The notes under the pieces are model-generated. The model saw only the letters and a program-made list of their open reading frames with translations, was not told the origin of the DNA and made no database searches. Shown here piece by piece: positions 52,853 through 64,000 of a DNA stretch of 64,000 nt. The position numbers and the translations under genes were made by a program. The stretch is taken from assembly GCA_010093815.1 (NCBI GenBank), contig ML996570.1; one strand, 5' to 3'. Every line of letters begins with the position of its first letter. Position 1 is the stretch's first letter. The stretch comes from Pseudovirgaria hyperparasitica (taxonomy: Eukaryota).

Positions 52853-54500
52853 TTACGACGGTGGCGCGGCCTCAAGAGTCTCCTCGTCTGCCATCCCGGG
52901 CATCTTGCGATTCTTCTCAATCTCTTCCACCGTCTTCCGTCCTTCCTCCGTCGTCGCGTCAATCACCCCCTCCTCCACACTCAGCATACCGCCTTCGCCA
53001 AGCTGTCCGACTACCTCCTCGGCCTCTTCCACGCTCATCTTGCCCAGAACCTTGTTGACTTCATCCAACTTTCCACTCTCGAGCGCACGTCGCAGTCCGG
53101 GTGGGAACGTTTCGAAGAGCTGCCGTGACTTGACAATTTCAGGGTCTTCAGAGTCTGCTGGAGGCACCGCAATGTTGATCTGTGTGTTCGGGTCTACTGC
53201 GTGCAGTTGAATCTGTTCGACTCCTGCTTCCGGCTCCGGATTTGCCTCGCGCTCCTTCTTGATCTCCGCTGCTCGCGTGTGGATTCGTCCATATGTATCG
53301 CGCACATCATCCGTGAACAGCTTTTGCGCTTGGTGTCCTTGGGTCGTGACTCTAGATTGATCATCAGTTGGGTTATATGCATGCTGCCAGACCTTACTCA
53401 CCGCTTGAAGAACAAAGCAACGCCGTCGCGGCCTAAAGAGCGACAGTACTGCAGTAGCAGAGCTTGGTGCACGCATTGCCTGGCATGCTTTGTTTTCCCT
53501 TCAAGCTCACTGTTGAAAGCCTCGACAAGTAGACCATCCGTCTCTTTTTCCTTCAAGATCTGGGTGTTTTTCGAGATGAAATCGTGTGATGCTCGATAAT
53601 CAGTCATAGGAATCTTTGCAAACTCTTTCGCGATCGGACTAGCTTCGACACTGTCGTCGTCCACATCGTCGCCTGTCGCATCCTCAACATCCGCTTCGGC
53701 CCCTGACGACAGTCCAGCATCCGTCCGCGCTAATGGGTCGCCCTTCAGTGCTCCAGGATTGAGTAATTCTGGCTCCGTAGACTTCGATGATGCCGGTCCA
53801 GGCTCAGCTGTCGCTACCTAGTCGTCTGTCAGTCGCTATGATTGTCGTACATTCATTATGCCTGCACCTTTGAATAATTGAAACCCTCTGTCAGGTGTTC
53901 ACTGGTTATATGCCTCTTCTCTTCCGTCTCTAGCTCTGCCAGCTTCTTATGGAGCTCGGCCTGTAAGTCATCCACCTTGACTTTGTGCTTGTCTATCTCT
54001 GTAAGGTACGCTTCCAGTCTGTTGTCTCCGCTCGCTTGATCCACCTCTTTCTTTACTTGATCGATCAATGACGCCATCATCTTGGAGTACGCAGGCTGCT
54101 CGCCTACATTCTTGTGGACGTCTGCAGGTGGCGCTGGGGGTTTGTCCTCGGCCGGGTCCCCCGCTGACTCCATTAGCGACTGAAATACCAGCTCATCTGC
54201 ACTTCGCTCTGACGTTTTATGCGACTTGAGAGCTGTGAGGAGGTTGTTGATACGTCTCAAAAGTCCGTCGTTGATGATGCGCTCGTATTTCAGAGTCGCT
54301 ATCTGGTGTTTACGGTGGTCGCGTTCTTGGTGTATTTGTGCTTGTTTTGCGCGAATGAATGATCGCTTGTCGACATTAGGGTGTACCTCAATGTCAGAGT
54401 CATCGCTGAGCTCGATAGCATCCTAGAAGCTGCGGTTAGAGAAATTAATTCCAGTGGCTCAACTCTTCTGGCGCACCCATTTGCTATAGTTGATTACCAT
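52853..54500 (-). CDS. CDC37: Hsp90 co-chaperone Cdc37 (4 exons)
   Basis: MVINYSKW|DAIELSDDSDIEVHPNVDKRSFIRAKQAQIH, CVHQALLLQYC and VEQIQLHAV. Confidence 0.95.
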
Positions 54501-55022
54501 ATTGGCGAGGCTGTCTAGGTGGGGTGAGAGTCGTCGGTATATACTCTGATTCGAGCTTCGTGGGAGGTGCGATGCCGGTGTAGACAGAGGGAGGAGTTCG
54601 CTTGTAGCTTATATGTAGAATATGGCGAGTCACAGCGTTAATGTATGATTGCGGCCTCTCGAGTCAAGCTGTCTGCAGGTGCATTCTACTATGTTCCACC
54701 GATGGATTGCCGCCCCGCTGAGTTTCTGCCTGAGCCCTAAGGCACACGTAAGGGAAAAGTGGGGCATACTACCCCAAGCTTCGCTCTCATATGTCAAGAG
54801 CTGGATGCCGAATATCGCCGTCATCCTCCTGACTAGAGAGATCGCATTTCCTCGCATCTGAGCTTTCATTTGATCATGAGTGCTAGCTTTTCTATTCCAT
54901 TGCATTTGTTTGAACTCGTTCATATCATCGCATCAAGCAGTTACTTTGTTTCCTCGTAATTGTTTCTGCTACGACGTCACCTCTGAATCTCCCGGTACCC
55001 TCAACCAAACACGCGCAGAGCC

Positions 55023-57401
55023 ATGCGCGGCTCACTCGGTCTCGCGCAGCGAGCATGGTCTAGCACAGGGAACGGAGCTCTCTTTTCCAAGATATCCTCA
55101 GTTCGACCTCTTCCATCGAGAACACAGCAGATCATCTCCTTACCAAGTCTTAAACCGCAAAGAAGTCCACATACGACAGGGCTTCGCGCAAGATCCTTAA
55201 TAGACCGCGAACCATCAGTCAATTCAATACAGAAACGCGTCTTTTCATTATCGCGAGCATTGAGTGAGGAGGGAAAGGCGCCACCGCCTCCACGTCACCG
55301 GCCTTTATCGTATAAAGAGGAGCTAGAACAGGAAGGCAAGACAAACCCCGAGGATGCAGAGGACAACCGAGACGGACTAGACCAGGACTTTCAGAAATCT
55401 GAGAAGGCATCGCAAGCAGCAAAAGTTGATCTCACCGCTAGACTGAGCAAAGATGGAAGCAAAGGTGGACAAAGCCAGTTATGGCGATTGATAAAAGTTG
55501 CTAGACCGGAAGCGAAGACTCTTGGATGGGCATTCCTTTTTCTACTCATATCTTCTGGAGTATCCATGTCGGTCCCCTTCTCAATTGGAAAGATTCTCGA
55601 CATTGCTACCGGCCAAGGAGAAGACGGCAAGACACTACCTTTCGGTCTCGATATGACCACTTTCTACCTAGGCCTCGGTGCTGTACTTGCCTGCGGTGCT
55701 GCTTCAAACTACATGCGTATCATCATACTGCGAATTGTCGGAGAGAGAATCGTAGCACGTCTTCGTTCTCGCCTCTATCGCAAGACCTTTGTTCAGAATG
55801 CCGAGTTCTTTGACGCAAATCGTGTCGGTGACCTGATATCTCGCCTAGGTTCTGATACCGTCATCGTTGGGAAGAGTATCACTCAGAACCTTTCCGACGG
55901 ACTGCGCTCAATAGTCAGTGGAACGGCTGGTTTTGTCATGATGGGATGGGTCAGCTTGAAGTTGACAGGAGTCCTTGCTCTGATTGCTCCTCCAGTGGGC
56001 ATAATCGCATTCTTAGCTGGAAGGAGGTTGCGTGAGCTAAGTCGGAGGATTCAGAAGAGCCTTGGTACTTTGACAAAGATTGCAGAGGAGCGGCTAGGCA
56101 ACGTGCGTACTAGCCAAGCTTTCGTCGGAGAGATTGAAGAAGTCGGGCGGTATAACAAGCAAGTGAAGAAGATCTTCGAGCTTGGCAAGAAAGAAGCCCA
56201 AGTTGCCGCAGGCTTCTACGGCAGCACTGGTCTGATGGGCAATCTTACCATCTTGGCTATTCTGTCGATCGGAGGTGGAATGGTCAAGAGTGGATCAATC
56301 ACCATCGGAGAGCTGACATCGTTCTTGATGTACACGGTCTACGCGGGCAGCAGTATGGTGGGTCTTTCGGGCTTCTATGGCGAGCTTATGAAGGGTGTTG
56401 GAGCCGCAAGTCGACTATTCGAGCTCCAGGACAGGAATCCCACATTGTCACCGACAACCGGACTCCCAGTCAAATCGGCAAAAGGAGACATTGTGTTCAA
56501 GAACGTTTCATTCAGCTATCCAACCAGACCCGCTGTAACCATCTTCAAGGACCTTGACTTCACGATCAAGGAAGGCACCAACATTGCCATTGTGGCCCCA
56601 AGTGGCGCCGGAAAATCGACCGTAGCAAGCTTGCTTCTGCGCTTCTACACACCAAACACCGGAACCATCGAGATCGATGGGAAGGATATTACAAGTCTCA
56701 ACGCAAAACAGCTCAGAAGAAGGATCGGCTACGTAGGACAGGAACCAGTTCTCTTCTCCGGCACCATCGCAGACAACATCTCCTACGGCAAGCCCCACGC
56801 CACCCGTGCCCAGATCGTATCCGCCGCTCGCAGGGCCAATTGCCAATTCATCAGCGACTTTGTAAGCTCCCTTACTACCACATTTGTACACACCCGCTAA
56901 CATGTGCAGCCCGACGGCCTAGAAACCCACGTCGGCGCCCGCGGCACCCAGCTCTCAGGCGGCCAAAAGCAGCGCATCGCCATCGCGCGTGCCCTCATCA
57001 AGGAGCCCGACATCCTCATCCTCGACGAGGCAACCTCTGCCCTCGACGCCGAGTCCGAGACGCTCGTCAATCAGGCCCTCGCCCGTCTGATTCGCGGCCA
57101 CAACACGACCATTAGTATTGCGCACAGGCTGTCCACGATTCAGCGCTCGGACGTGATTATCTGTCTTGGTGCGGACGGCCAGGTTGCGGAGCAGGGCAGC
57201 TATAGGGAGCTGACTGCGAATCCGGACGGGGCGTTTAGTAAGTTGATGGAGTGGCAGCGCACGGGTGGTGAGCAGGCGCAGACGACGACGACGACGACGA
57301 CGCCGAAGCCGAGTGAGGAGGAGGAGATTGAGGAGGATCTGCATGAGCGGGAGGAGGCGGAGGAGGAGGAGGAGGAAGTTGTTGAAGAGAAGCGGCGATG
57401 A
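55023..57401 (+). CDS. MDL1: Mitochondrial ABCB half-transporter (MDL1/MDL2/ABCB10 type), 2 exons
   Basis: Arg/Ser-rich presequence, TM domain with GDLISRL, Walker [34 protein letters not shown] and IAHRLSTI. Confidence 0.9.
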
Positions 57402-57697
57402 GGCCCCATGGCATCATGACTGTCTCGATGGCTTTGGCAGTCAGCCTCTAACGGCGTAAGGGGCGTTGAATAAATTGGTCCGCATGGCTGGACTGTAAGA
57501 CCAAAATCCCCGTCCACATTAAGACGCGGCCTGGCAGGACCGAGAGTCTCAAAGCTTTCGTGTGTATGTGTGTATATATTATCATCATCACACTCTACAA
57601 AAACCCCACATATCCCACAAATCTACCATCACTCTCCTCCTCCTCTCCCTCTCACACTACATACATGCTTCCCCCTTCACACCTTCTAACAATTCAC

Positions 57698-60456
57698 TCA
57701 CTCAACAGACTCCGCACCCACAAACACACCCACCCCAACCCTCTGCTCAAACACACTCCCTTCCGCATCCACCAAGCTCATCAAGATCCAATCAACCGCT
57801 GAAGACCCCGCGAGTAATGCCGCTTTATACACCGCGTCACCCCCATCCAAACGCACCTCCCCTTTCCCCTCGCGCACCATCGACACGCTATACACCACCG
57901 GCTCCACAAACCCCTCACTCAACCCCCGCAACCCAATCCGCCCTTCCCGCCCCAATCCCACGAATAAATGCGGCCCGCTCATAAACTGCAAATACCCGTC
58001 TAGCGCATCCCATCCCGGCGTATCGCCACCATCATCATCATGATCATCATCAACCCACCAATCCGGAACGCCGTCGTTGTCTGCGTCCCATGAGGCGGGT
58101 CGTGTGGTGGTGGGGAAGTGTTCGAGGCCGCCGACGTCGGATACCGCGTCGATGATGCCCCGGAGCCCGGTGACGGAACCGGTGTATGTGGTTGTGTTGT
58201 GGAGGGTCTCGTTGAGGATGCGGGTGTCGTGGAGATCGAGGGTGGGTGCGCGGGCGCCGGCGCGGGAGAGGACGTGTTTGTAGGCTTCGGTGGAAGAGTG
58301 GGTTGTTGTGGATGGGTTGAAGAAGCTGTGTGTGTGTGTGGTGTGGTCAGTTAAAGGGGGGGGGATATGGGGAGGAGGAGGAGGGGTCTTACGGCTTGGG
58401 GAAGAATTTCTGGTATGTTGGCGCGGGCGAGAAGGAGATGCTTGCCCAGCAGGCGCCTGTGACGGACGCCGGGGATGCATTGCCGGGGACATTTACGACT
58501 TGGACGGCGTCCTGGGCGAAGAAGGGCGGCATGGAGTTGCCGGCGCAGTGGTAGGTTTGGGAGCCGGGCATGTTGTCCTCGTAGGTGGCGCGGAGGTCGA
58601 AGCGGCGGGAGCTGGCGGGGCCGGGCTTGTAGTAGTTTCCGACAAAGTTGACCTGGTGGGCGCCGCCGTCGGTGACGCGGTCGCCGAAGTTGTACACGAC
58701 GTTGTTGCGGATGTCGAGACGGCCGGCAAAGGCGCCGGCGGGATCGACGCCGCCGGCCATGCTCCAGCTGCGGCCCCAGGCGTGGGCGATGAGATTGTGG
58801 TGGAAGGAGCCGACGTCGCCGCCGATGGAGGCGGCGTAGCCGTGTGCTGTTCCGACGGGGTAGTTTTTGTGGCCGGCGACGTTGAGGGGCTCGGAGATGA
58901 TGCTGTTTTGGAGGGTGATGTTGTATGCCGAGCGCGAGGAGAAGGATTCGTCGATGGACCAGCCTACGGAGCAGTGGTCGAAGATGGCGTTGTTGGATCC
59001 TTGCATGCCGATGCCGTCGATTGTTTCGCCGGAGATGTTTCCGGGTCGGACGCGGATGTGCTGCATTATGATGTCGGATGCTCCTGATAGGCCGAGGGGC
59101 CAGCCTTGGATGGCGATGCCTTTGCCTGGTGCGGTCTGGCCGGCCAGAGTAATGTAATTGCCGCTGATGGTGAGGCGAGAAGTAAGTGTGATTACACCTC
59201 CGATGTCGAATATGATCGTCCTTGGTCCGGTTTCTACTGTGAGAGCATAGCGTAGGGTGCCGGCCTTTGGTGTGGCTGTCGTAGCATAATCGTCCAGACT
59301 CGTGACCTTTACCACCCTTCCTCCTCTGCCACCGCGGGCGAATCGGCTGGTTGTTCTCGTTACTCGACTCTTCTCACTCTGGTCATGACGCAACTTACCC
59401 CCAGCCCTCAGCACCGGCAAAAGCCAATTGACGTGGTCGGAACATCCACGTTCGTCCTGGGGTGGTGTGACCGTCTGAGATGATATCGACTCGCCAATAG
59501 TAGGTCTCGAGCGAAGACACATCTACAGAGTATTAATCCTATCCCTTGAAGGAAAGAGTTACTGCGCACTAGTAAAGGTTACTGTCGCTTGAGCCTGATC
59601 CGATGCGACGATTTGCATGTTCTCAGGAGACCCGGGCCCAAAATAGACGTTATACTTTGAGCTTGACGCGGTTTTAGGTGCCTTCCAAGTTGCCACGATT
59701 CTACCGGAATCTCCATCGACGTGCTCGTCCGAATGGCTTGGGTAAGGATAGGAAGCCTGTAACTTGACGTTAGGAGCATCTATCTCAAACCCATTCATAA
59801 AAACTCGTTTGTCCCCGGAGCCAGACGAAACCACAGGCGTGTACTTGATCTCAACCATGGCGTTCGCTTCTACGGTAAAGGTGACGTAGGATGAGGCAGA
59901 GTCCCATATATTGTCCACCCGAACGCTTTGAACTCGATTCTACCAGTTGCTTAGCTGGGTAAATGGCACATGAGTGTTGGAAAATTGCTCGTACCTTAAT
60001 GACTGGAGTACCATTCACAGAGACGGATATATTAGCAGTACCAGCGAGAGCATCCCAGGCGTTGTGATAGGTTAGTAGAGAATGTTCGCCGGCGGCGAGA
60101 CCGTCGATGGTTAAAGATATAGGTACGCCTGTAGTGAGATCTGTCGAGACTCCCTCGCCAACTATACGCTCGCCAAGGAAGGCTAGAAATCTGGTGAAGA
60201 TAAGTTTGTACGAGCTGCCCTTGAGGGTGCTGCCATCTCCAGCCGACAGTGTCAAGGTTAGGTTCCTGAACGTCGCGGTAGAAGAGCCGTTCTCGGAGAT
60301 AGTCCACGTCTCGTAATCGGACTCCTGTTGATAGCCATTGATCTTGATACCTACCGGATTAAGCTTGATTCTCACAGGAGCAGCGAGTATCGTGTTGAGC
60401 GACTGGAGGAGTAATAACAAGAACACGGAAATCATTTCGAAGCTACTGTTTGACAT
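57698..60456 (-). CDS. Secreted long-form PL1 pectate lyase with accessory N- and C-terminal modules (about 5 exons)
   Basis: Signal peptide, YYWRVD..AFAGAEGWG|RFARGGRGG, GTLRYA, AGQTAPG, DHCSVGWSIDE, NNVVYN and DADNDGVPDWW. Confidence 0.85.
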
Positions 60457-61089
60457 TACTGGAATTGACGTCTTGACAAGCCTTTAAGCAGAGCTACCAT
60501 ATCCCCGCTACACTCGTTGATCATGACATAATAATGGTTCAACGGACTGAAAGCCTGCGGACATCGTCTGAAACAATTGATTGGAATTGCATAGTGCTCA
60601 GGGATCAATATTAATGGTGATGTCTGCATTTCCACGAATGAAATCCTTGTATAGCAAACACAACTGGCAGTCTGCCCTGACGAGCGGATAAAAGCATCGT
60701 GGGCATTCACGGACCTTCTAAGAGACAGATAAAGTCAACAACGATAGGGGAGCGATGTTATGATGAGAAGAAACGCTTGATGACCTGGGAGTGAAGCGTC
60801 CGAGGGGTCCACGCGAACGGGAAGCTTTGGCCACTCGCACGTGCACTAAAGCAACCAAAGCCCCTCGGCCTGCTGGCGTGCCCTCCAATGGGCTCCCGGC
60901 GCGCATACGAGCAATCGCCAAGGACGATGATCTCATGCGGACAGTTCGTGGTTGTGTTCAACCTCGGGGTAATATCTCACAACATGGCGTGACGCTCTTT
61001 ACTTCATCCTATGCAGTGTGCATCTGAAGAGAGCATCATCAATCAAAGCACGCCTTAAACTCTCGTTGACTCAGCTTCGCAGTATAGCA

Positions 61090-62411
61090 ATGGCGGCCTT
61101 TGTATACAACAGCCAGCTGGTGAGAGCATCATGGATGGAGCTCAGCTGTAGGATATGAACCTGACCATAAGATAGGATGCGTTTGCTCTGTACCACCAGA
61201 TCCAGGCAGAGTCTCCCACCAAGAAGCTAGGGGGTCCTGATCTCCCTGCACTCGGCCATGCTCTCTCGGGAGCCACAGCAACCGCTGTCGCGAACGTTCT
61301 AATATATCCCCTTGAACTTGTCATCACGCGCCTTAAAGTCCAGAACCAGCCAGACAAGACCCAGGGATCTGAAGAGAAGACATATGACGGTATACTAGAT
61401 GCTGTGCAGAAGATATATACAGAAGACGGGGGCCTTTCGGCTTTCTACAGTGGATGTCTATACGACACAGGAAAGAGCATCGCCGATTCTTTTCTCTTCT
61501 TCCTTGCATATAACTTCCTACGCACGCGCCGCCAGAATGCTCACAAAGACCTGAAATCTCTACCTGTCAGTGAGGAACTCATGGTCGGAATGGCAGCGGG
61601 AGCGTTCGGGAAGTTCTTCACAACACCAATTCAGCAGGTCGTCACTCGGAAACAGACCGCTGCGCCAGGTTCAAAAGCATCTCTAGCCCAGATCATATCG
61701 AAAACCAAAGCCGAAAAGGGCATCGCAGGATTTTGGTCGGGCTACTCTGCGACGCTTATATTAACGCTCAATCCATCATTGACATTTCTGTTCCATGAAC
61801 TGTTTCTGAAAATGACAGTACCGAGGTCGAAACGGGAAAATCCAGGTCCTTGGCTGACCTTTCTGCTCGCTGCTGCGAGCAAAAGTCTTGCATCTACAAT
61901 TACATACCCCTTCTCGCTGGCTAAAACACGGGCGCAAGTCTCGCCTGTAGCAACAGAGAAGCTGCAAGACACCAAAGGACATGAAAAAGTCACAGAAAAG
62001 CTGAGCAAAGTCGCCGCGCACCAATTGACCCTTTTCAGCTCCCTTGTCCGAATTGCACACGAGGATGGGATCCTTGCGCTATATCAGGGAGTAGGAGGGG
62101 AAGTACTAAAAGGGTTCTTCTCTCATGGTCTGACCATGCTCATGAAGGAACGCATACATCTCGCAATCATACAGCTGTACTATCTGATTCTAAAGGCATT
62201 GAAGAAATATCCCACCCCAGAACAAATGGCTGAATCGGCGAAAGAAGGTGCTCAAGCTGCTGCAACGAAGGGTCAAGAAATACTCCAGCAAGCGTCAGAG
62301 TCGACGCAGGAAGCGCTTTCGAAAGGGAAAAAAGAAGTCGAGAATTTGTATGTTGAGAGCAAGGAGACTACGAAGAGTCTTTTGTGGGGCGTTGTTGATG
62401 ACGATGAATAA
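61090..62411 (+). CDS. ANT1: Peroxisomal adenine nucleotide carrier (mitochondrial carrier family)
   Basis: MAAFVYNSQL|DAFALYH..LPALGHALSG, carrier-type motifs YPLELVITRLKVQ, TPIQQVVTRKQ and YPFSLAKTRAQ, plus LTLNPSLTF. Confidence 0.85.
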
Positions 62412-63051
62412 TAAAATGGACAGGGATGGCTAAGGGATAATATTGGGTGTTCGGGAGTTAAAGAAATGTGATGGGAAGCTTCATGCGACAAATTCGCAGA
62501 TATTTCGTTTGAGATACCAAAATGCAACCATTTGAGATTCAATAAATATGTTGCCTATTGCTGAGAAGTATTGAACACGAGGGTGACACGACTTATTGTT
62601 GACTGCCTGATCACATGCGGCTTAAACTTAAATCCCTTGCCCTGACAACGCATGGACCAGGATCGTTAGTTTACGCCCAGCCCCCCTCGCCTCCCACCAC
62701 AATATACGGAACAAGACTGAATCACGTCAAGCACTCCTACTCACCACACCACCAGGCAGGATACTAACAGCAGCAGTTACGACCACCGGACCGGACTTGG
62801 ACATCAGGAAAACACGACCCACGACGCACCGCACGCCAGCAACACCCCCAGGACTCTATACAGATCGCGCCAGGACCCGCAACCCTCACCGACACATACA
62901 GTTAATCCCACAACACGCTGCGCCGAGGGCCTTTCCCAATCGATAGGATATTAATTCAATCACGACTCTGGACATACTTCACCAAAGAGTCGCAAGCCCC
63001 TATACCACCACTGTGCGGAGCCCTGGGAGCCCGCGCACTTGAACGGCCGCC

Positions 63052-64000
63052 ATGACCTCTACCGAGGAGCCACCGTCTTCGCCTGCGTTGCATAGTGGCT
63101 CATCACTAGAGGAAGAACTAGCATACTACAAGTCACAGTACGAACAGCTTGAGCTAGAGCTCCAAGACTTCCAGGCCAGCAGTAAGGATCTTGAGGCGGA
63201 ACTGGAAAAAGATGTGGAGGCAAGCGAGAAAAGAGAGCGGCAGCTCAAGGAAAAGGTGGAGAGCTTGGGCTACGAGGTTGACGAGTGGAAGGCAAGTAAT
63301 TTGGAATAATCCTGTCATGTCAGACTGTAAATCTAACGAGTAGTGCAGACAAAGCACAAACAGTCCAAAGCTGAGGCGAATTCGGCACAGAACACGTTGC
63401 AGAAGGAGATCACAGCATTACGCGACAGCCAACGCACACTTCAGTTAAAGCTAAGAGATGTTGAAGTCGTGAATGACGACTTCGAGCGCCAAGCCAGGAA
63501 CACTAGCTCATCGTTGGAAGATGTAGAACAGAAGTACAATCAGGCTATAGAGCGTGGTGTGATGATGGAAGAGGAGCTCAAAGTCATGGAGCAGGAGCGT
63601 GAACAATTGCGCATAGAGACTCAACGGCTGCGCGATGAGCTCTCGGACTTGAGAATCGAAGCGGAAATCACCCACGAGAAGCTTCGGCACGCAGAGGAAA
63701 CAATTCAAAGACACCATGAGTCCAGATCGATTTTGCATTCGACGGATACCTTACGCCCGCCCTCTCCGATGTCCGAGGCATCGACCTCTGCCACCACGCT
63801 TTCTTCTCCCACAAATTCTACACCACCCTCGAAACTAGGGGCATCGATAAATGCACCCACGCCTCCTTCACCGCCTCTATCAGACGCCGCTCCTGTAGCC
63901 CATAAGCGCACTCCGACAACACCTGCGCCGATTCGAAAGCAGACCGTGGTCGATGCAAATGCAACACCAAGACCTGGATACTATAGCTCACGTGCCCCAC
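63052..64000 (+). CDS. nudE: Nuclear distribution protein NudE/NDEL1 (partial, runs off the window)
   Basis: [19 protein letters not shown]. After GC-AG intron 63292-63348: [30 protein letters not shown] and [10 protein letters not shown]. Confidence 0.93.

Overview
Intron-containing fungal genomic DNA (filamentous ascomycete; the BRN2/4HNR-type reductase points to a Dothideomycete-like species). About 22 protein-coding loci can be reconstructed, most of them split across several ORF-track entries by short GT-AG introns. In order: 3' end of POL3, HGT1-type sugar transporter, EDC3, a second sugar transporter, an OsmC-like gene, a frameshifted hypothetical gene, a head-to-head ELP2/URM1 pair, a stand-alone SurE, tetrahydroxynaphthalene reductase, three unrelated cytochromes P450, a small polytopic membrane protein, cytosolic TrpRS, a nine-exon ~1434-aa protein (B-box, GBP/atlastin-like GTPase, RING, patatin, PPxY, two UIMs), btgC, an FAD/NADPH reductase lacking the FMN domain, CDC37, an MDL1-type ABC transporter, a long PL1 pectate lyase, ANT1 and the 5' part of nudE. 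Intergenic DNA is rich in simple repeats. No rRNA, intact tRNA, CRISPR array or recognisable transposon was seen. The most notable items are the GTPase-RING-patatin-UIM protein, the ELP2-URM1 bidirectional pair (two arms of the mcm5s2U34 pathway), the P450 trio with no backbone synthase, and a perfect 5 x 20-bp repeat just upstream of one P450. All identifications come from motif recognition by eye; no database search was run.
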